A stretch of 64,000 bases of DNA from Phycisphaeraceae bacterium (GCA_965230305.1 OZ245998.1:808132-872131); one strand, 5' to 3'; numbered from the stretch's first letter, positions 53,580 to 63,665 are shown. Notes: a model not told the origin generated them from the sequence alone. A program made the numbers and translations.

Positions 53580-54716
53580 ATGCCCGCTTCCCCTCTCCGC
53601 CCGCACCAGACCCTCGGCATCATGGGGGGCGGCCAGCTCGGCCGCATGTCCGCCCTCGCCGCCCGACGCCTGGGTTTGAAGGTTCATATCCTCGACCCGG
53701 ACCCCGCCTGCCCCGCCCACGCCGTTGCCGATCAGCACACCGTCGCACCCTACGACGATGTCGCCGCCGCCGAGCGTTTCGCCCAGGGCTGCGACGTGGT
53801 GACCTACGAGTTCGAGAACGTCCCCGCCGAGACGCTTCAGGCGATCGATCACACCGCTCCGATTCGGCCATCCGCCCACACGCTGCACACCACGCGCCAC
53901 CGCGCACGGGAAAAACAATTCCTGCAGTCCATCGGCATCCCCACCGCCCCGTTCCATGTCTGCACGTCCGCCGACGACGTGATCGCCGGGGTCGCGGAGC
54001 TCGGCACACCCTGCATCCTCAAGACCTGCGAGTTCGGCTACGACGGCAAGGGCCAAGTCAAACTCACCGACCCCGCCCAGACCCAGGAAGCCTGGCGGCA
54101 ACTGCAAACCCCGGAGGCGGTGCTCGAAGGATTTGTCCCGTTCGACAAAGAGCTGTCCGTCATCGCCGCCCGCAGCGTGGACGGCACGGTGCGCTGCTTC
54201 GACCCGGTCGAGAACATCCACACGAACCACATCCTCGACCTCACCCTCGCCCCGGCCCGCGTGCCCGAGGCGGTCGCGCAGCGGGCCATCGAGCTGGCCA
54301 CCCGCATCGCCAACGAGCTCGAGATCGTCGGCCTCATAGCGGCCGAGCTCTTCCTCGTCGGCGACGAGTTGGTCGTCAACGAGCTCGCCCCCCGCCCGCA
54401 CAACTCCGGGCACCACACCCTGGACGCCTGCCCGACCAGCCAGTTTGAGCAGCATGTCCGTGCCGTCGCCGGCCTGCCCCTGGGCGATCCTCGGCTGCAC
54501 ACCCCGGCGGTCATGGCCAACCTCCTGGGCGATCTCTGGGCCCAAGGCGAGCCCGCGTGGGCCAACGCCTTTTCGATGCAGGGCATCCACCTGCACCACT
54601 ACGGAAAAGCCGACGCCCGCCCCGCCCGCAAGATGGCCCACCTCAACGCCACCGCCCCCAGCCTCGACAAAGCACTGCAACAAGCGCAAGCTGCACGCGA
54701 AAGTTTGACGAAGTAA
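53580..54716 (+). CDS. purK: N5-carboxyaminoimidazole ribonucleotide synthase PurK
   Basis: LGIMGGGQLGRM, an ATP-grasp core (ILKTCEFGYDGKGQ), and ELAPRPHNSGHHT. Start taken at MPASPL. Confidence 0.9.
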   Translation: MPASPLRPHQTLGIMGGGQLGRMSALAARRLGLKVHILDPDPACPAHAVADQHTVAPYDDVAAAERFAQGCDVVTYEFENVPAETLQAIDHTAPIRPSAHTLHTTRHRAREKQFLQSIGIPTAPFHVCTSADDVIAGVAELGTPCILKTCEFGYDGKGQVKLTDPAQTQEAWRQLQTPEAVLEGFVPFDKELSVIAARSVDGTVRCFDPVENIHTNHILDLTLAPARVPEAVAQRAIELATRIANELEIVGLIAAELFLVGDELVVNELAPRPHNSGHHTLDACPTSQFEQHVRAVAGLPLGDPRLHTPAVMANLLGDLWAQGEPAWANAFSMQGIHLHHYGKADARPARKMAHLNATAPSLDKALQQAQAARESLTK

Positions 54717-54751
54717 ACCCACGCCAAGCGCCGCCCGCCTACGCTCTGCAC

Positions 54752-56113
54752 ATGCTCTTTGCCCTGACCCACAAAGCCGCGGCGTTCTTCCACCCGCACA
54801 GCCTGCCTTGGATCACACGCCAGCCCTACGTCAGGGAGCTGCGGGCCGCCCTGTCCGCGCCCGTCGCGATCGCGATGCTTGAGGCCGGCGTCGTCGGCGT
54901 GATCTCCAAAACCATCTTCGATGTCTCAAACGCCGGCTTCGCCACGATCTTCGCCGCGCCCATGTTCGCTAACCTCACCAGCCTGTTCTGGGCACGCTGG
55001 TCCCGGGGCAAGCACAAAGCCCACTTCGCCGCCGGCATCCTCGCCGCGTTCCTGTTTGTCTTGATCCTGATCGCTCTGCTGCCGACCACCGGCTGGGGGC
55101 CCACCGCACTGGTCGCGCTGGTGGTCGTCGGGCGTTGCCTGATGGCCGGACTGATTACCGTCCGCAGCACGATCTGGCGCGCCAACTACCCCCGCTCTGC
55201 CCGTGGTGCGGTGACCTCCCGTTTTATCACGATCGCCACCCTCATCATGGCGACGGTCCCGCTGGTCGTCGGGAAGCTGCTGGACTGGCACGAGCCGTTG
55301 TTCCGAGTGCTCTACCCCGCTGCGGCAGGCGTTGGGCTGATCGGCGTGTTCGCCTTCCTAGGCATCCGCATCCGCCACGACCGCGCCACCCGACGCGAGG
55401 AACTCGAACACCACGATGAAAACGGCGACGCCCGCCCGTCTGCGGTGACTGTCCTCAAACAAGACCAGCACTTCCGCAGCTACATGCTCTGGCAGTTCTT
55501 CGCCGGCACCGGCAACATGATGGGCACCACCGCCTTCGTCTTCTTCATGATCGAAACCCTCAAGGGCCATCCCCGCGAAAACTTCCTCAGCATGTCCCTG
55601 ACCGCGACCGTCCCCATGTTCTTCATGATGGCGGTCATCCCGTTCTGGTCCCGGTACCTCGACCGCACCCACATCGCACGCTTCCGAGTGTTCCACGGCC
55701 TGACCTGGTTGGCCGCCCAGTCCCTGAACTACGTCGCGGCGGTCTCCGGCCTGGTGGCGCTATTCTTTCTGCCCCGCATCGCGCAGGGCATCATGTTCGG
55801 CGGCGGCGCGCTGGCATGGAACCTCGGCCACAACGACTTTGCCGACCGCCGCCTCGCCGGCCTGTACATGGGCATCCACCAGGTCCTGACCGGCATCCGA
55901 GGCGCGTTCGCCCCGTTCATGGGAACATTCCTGTTCGTCGGCTGGAGCGACATCCACGTGCCCGGCACCGGCCTGGTCCTGCCCGGCTGGGACGGCATCG
56001 GGCCGTATGTCTTCTTCGTCTCCTTCACGCTTTGCGTCATCGCCTGGTTCGGCTTCCTCCGACTCAGCAAGCAGATGGACGCCCAAGGCCTTAATCAAGC
56101 CAGCGACGGCTAA
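54752..56113 (+). CDS. Multi-pass membrane transporter, MFS-like
   Basis: About 12 hydrophobic segments in two halves, separated by a charged loop (RHDRATRREELEHHDENGD). ATG 54752 lies inside track ORF 54557..56113. Confidence 0.55.
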   Translation: MLFALTHKAAAFFHPHSLPWITRQPYVRELRAALSAPVAIAMLEAGVVGVISKTIFDVSNAGFATIFAAPMFANLTSLFWARWSRGKHKAHFAAGILAAFLFVLILIALLPTTGWGPTALVALVVVGRCLMAGLITVRSTIWRANYPRSARGAVTSRFITIATLIMATVPLVVGKLLDWHEPLFRVLYPAAAGVGLIGVFAFLGIRIRHDRATRREELEHHDENGDARPSAVTVLKQDQHFRSYMLWQFFAGTGNMMGTTAFVFFMIETLKGHPRENFLSMSLTATVPMFFMMAVIPFWSRYLDRTHIARFRVFHGLTWLAAQSLNYVAAVSGLVALFFLPRIAQGIMFGGGALAWNLGHNDFADRRLAGLYMGIHQVLTGIRGAFAPFMGTFLFVGWSDIHVPGTGLVLPGWDGIGPYVFFVSFTLCVIAWFGFLRLSKQMDAQGLNQASDG

Positions 56114-56128
56114 CCGGACTCCCTACCC

Positions 56129-56896
56129 ATGCGCGTCACATTCCTCGGCACCGGTGCTCCGCTTCACCCCACCCGCCGATCCACCGGCCTGCTATTCCAG
56201 GCCGACGGCGTGCCGCCCCTGCTGATCGACGCCTGCAGCGGCATGGAGTGGTTCCGCGCGTTGGCCGAAGCCGACGTCGCGCTCAACGCGCTGGGGCCGA
56301 TCGTCCTGACCCATGGCCACGGCGACCATATCGGGGGCACGATGGGGCTCCCTTTGCTCCGCTCCCCCGTCCACCTGCACGGGCCCCCCGCCGCACTTGA
56401 CGCGGTGCAGGGGCTAATCCAGCACACCTACGGCGAGTTTGAAACCCAGCCCGATCAACTCAACTTCAACCCGATGCAACCCGGCGAAACCTACACCCTC
56501 GCCGAGGCCTGGCGGGTTCAAACCTTCGCGGTGCCCCACCGCGTGCCCACCTACGCCCTGCGGGTTACGAGCCCCGACGGCATGGTCGTCGCCTTCAGCG
56601 CCGACGGCCAAGCGTGCGACGCGATGATCGACTGTGCCCGTGATGCGGACCTGTTCATTTGTGACGCGCTGGTCCAGAGCACGCACGAACGCGCCACGTC
56701 AGCCGTCGAGAAGCTGATGCACCCCACGGCCCAACAGGCCGGCGAGATGGCCCAAGCCGCGAACGCCAAAGCGCTGGCCCTGGTCCATTTAGCCCGCTTC
56801 GCCGATCCCCAGGCTGTGCTCGCCGAAGCACAAGCGTCCACCGAGTGCGAAACCCGGCTGCCTGAAGATCGCGATACATGGGAACTGTTCTCCTAA
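56129..56896 (+). CDS. MBL-fold metallo-hydrolase
   Basis: LLIDACSG and the HxHxDH motif THGHGDHIGG, with distal His/Asp ligands (FSADG, VHLARF). Confidence 0.75.
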   Translation: MRVTFLGTGAPLHPTRRSTGLLFQADGVPPLLIDACSGMEWFRALAEADVALNALGPIVLTHGHGDHIGGTMGLPLLRSPVHLHGPPAALDAVQGLIQHTYGEFETQPDQLNFNPMQPGETYTLAEAWRVQTFAVPHRVPTYALRVTSPDGMVVAFSADGQACDAMIDCARDADLFICDALVQSTHERATSAVEKLMHPTAQQAGEMAQAANAKALALVHLARFADPQAVLAEAQASTECETRLPEDRDTWELFS

Positions 56897-56961
56897 TCCA
56901 TTGTATTTTCGCGGCATTTCATCAAAGATCAATACACCACAATGTGGTATTCCTACCGGCT

Positions 56962-57276
56962 ATGAACGACAACCTCACTCTGGCCGAGTTCCAAAAGCAC
57001 ATCCACGAGCGCTACTACGAAACCGACGCGGCACGGGGCACCCCCGGCACGTTCATGTGGCTGATCGAAGAGGTCGGTGAGCTGGCGACCACGCTCCACA
57101 AGATCCGCGGCGAGGGCGGCAACACCTCCGGCGGCTCCACCCAGGAAGACCTCGAAGGCGAATTCGCCGACGTCCTGGCCTGGCTCTGCACGCTGGCCAA
57201 CATCAACGACGTGGACCTCACCAAGGCCATCCGTAACAAATACCTGATTGGAGAAGGGCCCAAAGGCCACAAGTAA
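56962..57276 (+). CDS. MazG-like nucleotide pyrophosphohydrolase
   Basis: LAEFQKHIHERY, EEVGELA and EFADVLAWLCTLAN form the EExxE..D-type MazG helix pair. ATG 56962 lies inside track ORF 56878..57276. Confidence 0.75.
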   Translation: MNDNLTLAEFQKHIHERYYETDAARGTPGTFMWLIEEVGELATTLHKIRGEGGNTSGGSTQEDLEGEFADVLAWLCTLANINDVDLTKAIRNKYLIGEGPKGHK

Positions 57277-57381
57277 TCTGCCAGGTTTTGCAAACCGTCG
57301 CCACACCCCGCCGTATATCATGCCTAGCCATTCGAGATTCTGAACCGGGATGTAAACCCCGTATTTGCATGGAGGCTTCCG

Positions 57382-59883
57382 TTGCTCAAGTTTGCCTGTT
57401 CCCTCGCCACGTTCTTGTTGATCCTGATGCCTGTAGTCCTGCCCTGTACCGCGCAAGCCCAACGCGAAACAACCGTGCTTAACGCCGAGTGGTCCTACCA
57501 CGCCGGCGACCTCCCGGGGATCGAGAACCTGGGCGACGATCCCGCAAGCTGGGAACCTGTCCACGTGCCCCACGGCTTTCAGCAGCCATACTGGATGGAC
57601 CGCGTCCACTTCGGCGGCATCGGCTGGTACCAGAAGACGCTCCATCTGGACACCGACCTCCAAGGCCAACGCATCCACCTCGAATTCGAAGGCGCCTTCC
57701 AGCACACCCACGTCTACGTCAACGGGCAGCTCGTCGGCGAGCACCGCGGCGGCTTCACCGGCTTCACCTTCGACATCACCGACTATGTCAACTTCGGCGG
57801 CGAGAACACCCTGGCCGTCCGCGTCTCCGCCGAGTGGGACGAACAGATCGCCCCACGCACCGGCGACTTCAGCTTCATCGGCGGGCTCTACCGCGACGTC
57901 TACCTCGTCACCACCCACCCCGTCCACGTCCCCTGGTACGGCACGTTCGTCACCACCCCCTTCGGCGGGCCGCTGACCGACACGACCTACTCCCTGCCCA
58001 CCCACTACGACCAGGCCCCCGTCCTGGCGCAGACCGAGATCCACAACAGCAGCGACACCGACCAAAGCGTCCGCGTGAGGACTCAGGTCATCAATGCGGA
58101 GGGCGAAACCGTCGCCTCCGACGAGCAGGCCCGCGAAGTCTCTGCAGACACCGTGGTCGAGTTTGCTCAACGAATGACGCTGGACAACCCCGAGTTCTGG
58201 TCGCCGGACCACCCGTACCTGTACACCGTGCTGACGACGGTCTTTGTCGGCGACGAGCCGGTGGATACCTACGAAACCCCGCTGGGGGTGCGTTGGTTCC
58301 AAGCCACCGCCCGGGAAGGCTTCTGGCTGAACGGGCAGCGTCTCTGGCTGCGCGGGTTCAACGTCCACCAGGACCACGCCGGCTGGGGATGGGCCGTGAC
58401 AAATTCGGGCTTCTACCGGGATATGCGGCTGATGCGGGACGCCGGGGCCAACTTGATCCGTGGCTCACACTACCCCAAAGACCCGTCGCTGCTGGACGCC
58501 TGCGACCGCTTCGGAATGCTCATGATCCAGGAGCTCGCCTTCTGGGGCCGGGGCGGCGGCGGCGGCCCGCCGGCCACTCCGAATCGGAACTCCGAAGACT
58601 TCGCACCCTTCGTTGAAAACGTCGAACAGCAACTCGCTGCGATGATCCGTATCTCCCGCAACAACCCCAGCGTCTTCGTCTGGAGCCTGACCAACGAACC
58701 CACCGGCGCTCAGCTGCCCACCACCCCGCTGCACCGCTTGGCCCGGGAGCTGGACCCGTCCCGCCCGACGATGCGCGTCACCAACTTTTCCAACGGCGAA
58801 GCCGACATCTACGGCCGGAACGGCTACAACCCCGAGCAGGCCAACGCCCCGGTGATGTTCACCGAGCTCTGGGAACGCGAAGAACTCCGCCCCGGCAACT
58901 TCCCCAGCCGCCCCGACCCCGAGTCCCCCCACTCCATGGGCACCGCCCGCTGGGCCGGCTTTGACTACGGCACCCACCACGACTGGAACCTCAACCTCGT
59001 CGGCATCTGCGACAACGCCCGGCTACCCAAACGCCGCTGGCACTGGCACCGTGCTGCCTGGCTCGGCATCGACCCGCCCGCCGCCTGGCCCGAGGAAGGC
59101 ACCCCCGCGGCGTTGTCCATCCAAGCCGAGAAAACCACCCTCGGCACCAACGGTCAAGACGACACCCAACTCATCGTCCACGTCCTCGATGCCCAAGGCC
59201 AACCGATCAGCAACGTGATCGACGTCACCCTTGCCGTGGTCTCCGGCCCGGGTCAGTTCCCCACCGGCGATACCCTCACGCTCTCTACCCCCGACGGCGT
59301 CGCCGGCATCAGCTTCCGCGCCTACGAGCCGGGGCAGACCGTGCTCTCCGTCACCGCAGCCGGCCTCGAGCCCGCCACCATCGAGCTCGAGTTCGTCGCT
59401 GGCGGCATCCACACGCAGCCCCAGCCCGAGCCCTGGCCCGAAGTCGCCACCGTCGATCTGCCGGACCTTCCCGACCTGGCCCACAACCGGCCCGCGACCG
59501 CCAGCTCACAGCAGGCCAACAACCCCGCACGCAACGCGGTCGACCAAAACATCGGCTCACGCTGGTGCGCGGAGGACGGCCAGCTCAACCACTGGTGGCA
59601 GGTCGATCTGGGCCAAGAGCACGCCCTGGCCGGGGTCGGCATCATCTTTGAGCAATACGCCCCCTACCAGTACCTCATCGAAGTCTCCAGCGACGGCCAA
59701 AGCTGGACCACCGCCAGCGACCAGAGCCAAAGCAGCTCGATCAACCGGCGTCAGGTCGTGAACTTCCAGGCCACCGCCCGCTACGTCCGGATCCGCTACA
59801 CCGCGTTGCCCGACGGCATCTGGGCCAGCCACAGCGAGTTCCGTGTCTACCCTGAGCAAGCGGTCGCCCTCCAAGCGGATTGA
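57382..59883 (+). CDS. Secreted glycoside hydrolase family 2 enzyme with C-terminal F5/8 type C (discoidin/CBM32-like) domain
   Basis: Signal peptide LATFLLILMPVVLPCTAQAQ. GH2 sugar-binding domain (GIGWYQKTLHL .. HLEFEGAFQHTHVYVNGQLVGEHRGGFTGFTFDIT). TIM barrel with NLIRGSHYP and WSLTNEP. C-terminal NAVDQNIGSRWCA .. WWQVDLG .. ARYVRIRY. TTG start as in the track. Confidence 0.85.
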   Translation: MLKFACSLATFLLILMPVVLPCTAQAQRETTVLNAEWSYHAGDLPGIENLGDDPASWEPVHVPHGFQQPYWMDRVHFGGIGWYQKTLHLDTDLQGQRIHLEFEGAFQHTHVYVNGQLVGEHRGGFTGFTFDITDYVNFGGENTLAVRVSAEWDEQIAPRTGDFSFIGGLYRDVYLVTTHPVHVPWYGTFVTTPFGGPLTDTTYSLPTHYDQAPVLAQTEIHNSSDTDQSVRVRTQVINAEGETVASDEQAREVSADTVVEFAQRMTLDNPEFWSPDHPYLYTVLTTVFVGDEPVDTYETPLGVRWFQATAREGFWLNGQRLWLRGFNVHQDHAGWGWAVTNSGFYRDMRLMRDAGANLIRGSHYPKDPSLLDACDRFGMLMIQELAFWGRGGGGGPPATPNRNSEDFAPFVENVEQQLAAMIRISRNNPSVFVWSLTNEPTGAQLPTTPLHRLARELDPSRPTMRVTNFSNGEADIYGRNGYNPEQANAPVMFTELWEREELRPGNFPSRPDPESPHSMGTARWAGFDYGTHHDWNLNLVGICDNARLPKRRWHWHRAAWLGIDPPAAWPEEGTPAALSIQAEKTTLGTNGQDDTQLIVHVLDAQGQPISNVIDVTLAVVSGPGQFPTGDTLTLSTPDGVAGISFRAYEPGQTVLSVTAAGLEPATIELEFVAGGIHTQPQPEPWPEVATVDLPDLPDLAHNRPATASSQQANNPARNAVDQNIGSRWCAEDGQLNHWWQVDLGQEHALAGVGIIFEQYAPYQYLIEVSSDGQSWTTASDQSQSSSINRRQVVNFQATARYVRIRYTALPDGIWASHSEFRVYPEQAVALQAD

Positions 59884-59934
59884 CTTAGCCAATGTGACAT
59901 CAGGTAGAAATAAAGCATGGCTCAACAGGCCTCT

Positions 59935-59951
59935 GGATTTATACTAAATCC
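59935..59951. promoter_or_regulatory. Perfect 17-bp palindrome GGATTTAtacTAAATCC abutting the TetR start codon (candidate operator)
   Basis: ggattta (59935..59941), tac, taaatcc (59945..59951). ATG at 59952. Lies in an AT-rich 68-nt intergenic region. Confidence 0.55.
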
Positions 59952-60587
59952 ATGCCTGACCCTGCTGGCGGCGACAACCTCGTCACGATGCTCACCGGAA
60001 AAACCGCGCCCGACGCCGGCCCGGACCGGATTCTGATCGTGGCGATCGACCTGTTCTACCGCAACGGCTTCAGTGCGGTCACGCTCCAACAAATCCTCGA
60101 CGAAGCCGGCGTTTCCGAAGCGGATTTCAACCAGAACTTCCTCGACCTGCCCGACCTGATCGTGCAAGCGATCCGCCAGCACGACCAATGGGAACGCGAC
60201 GCCTGGATTCGTGCCCTGCATGAGCTCGCCCCCAACAACCCCACGGGCCAACTCCTGGCGATGTGGGACTTCATGGAAAAGGTGTTCCAGAACCCCGACT
60301 ACAAGGGCTGCCTGTTCATCAACGCCGCCAGCGAATTCCCAGACCCTTCTCACCCCGCGCACCTCGCCGCGATGGACCATAAGCACGAGGTCCGCCGGTG
60401 GATCCAACAGATCGCGGACCAGGCGCATATCCCGGACCCCAAACGCTTCGCCTACGAGTACATCACCCTGTTCGAAGGCACGCTGATCATGCGGCAGGCC
60501 CACCAAGACGCCAACGCCGCGCGTCTGACCAAGCCCATGGTGCAGCGTTTGATCCAGGACCACCTGGGCCAGACTTCACCGTCCTGA
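59952..60587 (+). CDS. TetR/AcrR-family transcriptional regulator
   Basis: HTH region ILIVAIDLFYRNGFSAVTLQQILDEAGVSEADFNQNF, with a helical ligand-binding C-terminal domain. Confidence 0.85.
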   Translation: MPDPAGGDNLVTMLTGKTAPDAGPDRILIVAIDLFYRNGFSAVTLQQILDEAGVSEADFNQNFLDLPDLIVQAIRQHDQWERDAWIRALHELAPNNPTGQLLAMWDFMEKVFQNPDYKGCLFINAASEFPDPSHPAHLAAMDHKHEVRRWIQQIADQAHIPDPKRFAYEYITLFEGTLIMRQAHQDANAARLTKPMVQRLIQDHLGQTSPS

Positions 60588-60672
60588 TTCAGTCCGTCTT
60601 CAATGCACCGACATCGGCGAGGCGGCGATGTCCTTCGCCCGCGCCGCCAGGCTCGGCGCGTCCAGCCCGGCC

Positions 60673-62568
60673 TCAGCCAACTGGTTGCCCCGGCTGTCCT
60701 GCTTGATCCAGGTCATCGGCATGCCCATCCGGTGGATCAGCCGCGTGTCCAGCCGTCGCCTCGGCCGCCGCCTCCAGGACCGCCGAGCCAAACCCGCCCG
60801 CCAGCGCGTGGTCTTCCACCGTCAGCACCGGCACACCGGCCTCCAGCAAGTCCGTCAGCAGCCCCACGTCCACGGGCTTGGCGAACCGCGCGTCGTACAC
60901 CGCCGCATCCACCGCGCCTTCGCCGGCTTGCATCAGCGCGTCCGCGGCGTCCAACGCCGTGTACACCATCGTGCCGTACGCCAGGACCGCCACCTCGGGC
61001 CGATCGCCCCGGGCCGCACGAACCTGCTGCGCTTTGCCCAAGACATACGGCGGCACCGTCGCCTGCACCGGCGGGTCGGCCACCCCGTCCCGCGGGTAAC
61101 GCAGGAAGCTCGCCCCGTCTTCGTGGTCCTGCATAAACGCCATCGCCGCCTGCAGGTTCGGCTCATCGCTGGCCGCCAGCAAGACCGCGCCGGGGAACAC
61201 CCGGAACATCGCGATGTCCATGAACCCGTGGTGCACCGCGCCGTCCCCGCCGACAAACCCCGCCCGGTCCATGCACACCCGCACCGGCAAGCCCTGCAAC
61301 GCGACCTCTTGGAACACCTGGTCCAACGCCCGCTGTGCAAACGTCGAGTACACCGCAAAGAAAGGCTTCAGCCCCGCCTTGGCCATCCCCGCGCACATGT
61401 CCATCGCATGCGACTCGCAGATCCCCGTATCAAACACCCGGTCTGGAAACTCGGGCATCAGCTTCGCCAGCCCGGTGCCATCGGGCATCGCCGCCGTGAC
61501 CGCGACCACCTTGTCGTCCGCCGCCAGGACCCCCGCCATCGCGTCGGCGAACGCCGCGGTAAAACTCCGCCCCGATGTCTTCTGCTCCACCCGACACCCG
61601 TTGACCTTGAACGGCTTGGGCGAGTGCAACGTCGTGGGGTCCTGCTCCGCCGCTTCCAGCCCCTTGCCCTTCACGGTCTTGACGTGCAGCAGGATCGGCT
61701 TGGGCACATCCTTCACATCTTCCAGCACATCAATCAGCGTCCGCAGGTCGTGCCCATCCACCGGCCCGATGCACACGTGCCCGAACGGGTCAAACAAATG
61801 CCCCGTCGTTAACCCCGCGATCAACGCATCCGAACCCCGGTGATACAGATCCCGGATCACGTGCCCGCCCGGCAGCTTCTCGATCAAATCCTTGGCCCGG
61901 CTCTTGAAGTCCCCAAACCGATGCGACACCCGCAGCCGATCCAGGTAATGGCTCGCCGCACCCTGCGGCGCGGCGATCGACATGCCGTTGTCGTTGAGCA
62001 CGGTCAGGAACTGCCGGTGCAGCGTCCCGGCGTTGTTCACGCCTTCCAGCGCGACGCCGTTGAAAATCGAGGCATCGCCGATCAGCGCCACCGTCCGCCG
62101 ATCGCTCCGGCCGAGGCCGCCCGCCGCCAGGTCATCCGCCCGGGCCATGCCCACCGCCGTCGAGATCGCGGTGCCCGCGTGGCCGACGGAGAACAGGTCG
62201 TACGGGCTCTCGCTGGGATCCGGGAAACCCGCCATCCCCTGCCGGGTCCGCAGATTTTCAAACAGGTCCTGCCTGCCGGTCAGCAGCTTGTGCGGGTAGC
62301 ACTGGTGCCCGACATCAAACAGCAGCCGGTCGTGGCTGAAGTCAAACACGTAATGCAGCGCAATGGTCAGCTCCACCACACCCAGGTTCGGCGCCAAGTG
62401 CCCGCCGGTCTGGCTGACCCGGTCGCAGATCGCCTCACGGAGTTCGCCAGCCAACTGCTCAAGCTGATCCACCGACAAACGCTTCAGGTCAGCCGGGCTT
62501 TGGACTGTTTCCAAAAGTCGCCCCTCGCTGCCTTGGTTTGTCTGAGGCCTGGTTTCACGTTCCTGCAT
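60673..62568 (-). CDS. dxs: 1-deoxy-D-xylulose-5-phosphate synthase
   Basis: GGHLAPNLGVVELTIALH, GHAGTAISTAVGMA, the ThDP motif IGDASIFNGVALEGVNNAG, and DRAGFVGGDGAVHHG. Confidence 0.95.
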   Translation of the reverse strand: MQERETRPQTNQGSEGRLLETVQSPADLKRLSVDQLEQLAGELREAICDRVSQTGGHLAPNLGVVELTIALHYVFDFSHDRLLFDVGHQCYPHKLLTGRQDLFENLRTRQGMAGFPDPSESPYDLFSVGHAGTAISTAVGMARADDLAAGGLGRSDRRTVALIGDASIFNGVALEGVNNAGTLHRQFLTVLNDNGMSIAAPQGAASHYLDRLRVSHRFGDFKSRAKDLIEKLPGGHVIRDLYHRGSDALIAGLTTGHLFDPFGHVCIGPVDGHDLRTLIDVLEDVKDVPKPILLHVKTVKGKGLEAAEQDPTTLHSPKPFKVNGCRVEQKTSGRSFTAAFADAMAGVLAADDKVVAVTAAMPDGTGLAKLMPEFPDRVFDTGICESHAMDMCAGMAKAGLKPFFAVYSTFAQRALDQVFQEVALQGLPVRVCMDRAGFVGGDGAVHHGFMDIAMFRVFPGAVLLAASDEPNLQAAMAFMQDHEDGASFLRYPRDGVADPPVQATVPPYVLGKAQQVRAARGDRPEVAVLAYGTMVYTALDAADALMQAGEGAVDAAVYDARFAKPVDVGLLTDLLEAGVPVLTVEDHALAGGFGSAVLEAAAEATAGHAADPPDGHADDLDQAGQPGQPVG

Positions 62569-62663
62569 GTAGGGTCTCCATACCCGTGCCTCCCCGTCAG
62601 CACGAATCCCCCCATTCTACCCCCAAAAACCCCGGCAGTTCACCCCAGAAGCCAATTCCCGCG

Positions 62664-63581
62664 CTAGCGAGTCCGCTCTGCCAATAACATTGCCAACGCG
62701 GTTAACACTTTGCCGCCCTCGCCCAGTTCCGCCGCCGCCTCGGTGGCCTCGCCAAGCAGCCGCTCGACCTCCGCGTGGCACATGTCCAGCCCCAATACCC
62801 CCGGGTAGGTCAGCTTGCCCGCCGCCTCATCCTTTTGGGTGGCTTTCCCCAGTTCCTCCGCCGACCCCGTGACGTCCAGCACGTCATCAATCACCTGGAA
62901 CATCAGCCCCACCGCTTCGCCGTACCGCCCCACCGCCTTCAGCTGCGCCCCGGTCGCCTGGGCCGAAACCGCGCCCATTCGGCAGGCCGCCCGGATCAAC
63001 GCTGCGGTCTTGTGCCGATGCACCTTCTCCACCCGCTCAACCGCGTCGTCCTCGTCCTCCCCCTCGGGCTCGTACCCCGGCTCTTCCCAAGGCGGCAGCG
63101 TGTCGTACACCTGCCCCGCGATCATGTCCCCCGACGCCAGCGAGAGCTCCCGCACCAGCGCCCCCGCCACACTCGCATCGGACACCCGGGTCGTGAGCAC
63201 TTCAAACGCAAACACATGCATGAAGTCGCCCGTCAGGATCGCCATCGCCTCGTTCGTGTGCTTGTGCAGCGTCGCCCGGCCGCGTCGCAAATCATCATCA
63301 TCCATCGCCGGCAGGTCGTCATGCACCAGTGAGAACGTGTGGATCAACTCCACCGCCGACGCCGCCGGCAACGCGTCTGCCGCTTTGCCCCCCACCGCCT
63401 CGCAGCACAACAGCGCCAACGCCGGACGCAACCGCTTGCCCGGGCCAAACACCGCGTAAACCGCCGCATCCGCCAGATTCCCAGGCAAAGCCCGCTGGGC
63501 CAACGCATCACGCAGATACCCCTCCACCGCTTCCGCCAGCTCGGGCAACCGTTCATTCACCTTCGGCAACGTCTTAGCCAT
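62664..63581 (-). CDS. ispA: Polyprenyl (farnesyl/geranylgeranyl) diphosphate synthase
   Basis: First DDxxD motif LVHDDLPAMDDDDLRRG and second motif FQVIDDVLD. Lies upstream of dxs on the same strand. Start taken at MAKTLP. Confidence 0.9.
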   Translation of the reverse strand: MAKTLPKVNERLPELAEAVEGYLRDALAQRALPGNLADAAVYAVFGPGKRLRPALALLCCEAVGGKAADALPAASAVELIHTFSLVHDDLPAMDDDDLRRGRATLHKHTNEAMAILTGDFMHVFAFEVLTTRVSDASVAGALVRELSLASGDMIAGQVYDTLPPWEEPGYEPEGEDEDDAVERVEKVHRHKTAALIRAACRMGAVSAQATGAQLKAVGRYGEAVGLMFQVIDDVLDVTGSAEELGKATQKDEAAGKLTYPGVLGLDMCHAEVERLLGEATEAAAELGEGGKVLTALAMLLAERTR

Positions 63582-63665
63582 GCAGGGAGTATAGAAAACA
63601 TCAAAAGAAGAAAGCCCGATGCGAGGTTTTCGCACCGGGCTTCGTGGTTCATGTTTGTAGTCGGC

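Noticed and set aside
56953-58377. A 474-aa - strand ORF, together with other very long ORFs antisense to well-supported genes. Examples: 9754..11037, 12128..13585, 30452..31504, 32357..33721, 44396..45926, 47013..48377, 53559..54722, 60628..61812 and 61840..62667.
   Set aside because: Each lies opposite a gene with strong family motifs (GH2, RHS, leuS, flg genes, purK, dxs). Their translations are Arg/Gly/Pro/Ala/His-rich low-complexity strings, typical of stop-poor antisense frames in high-GC DNA.
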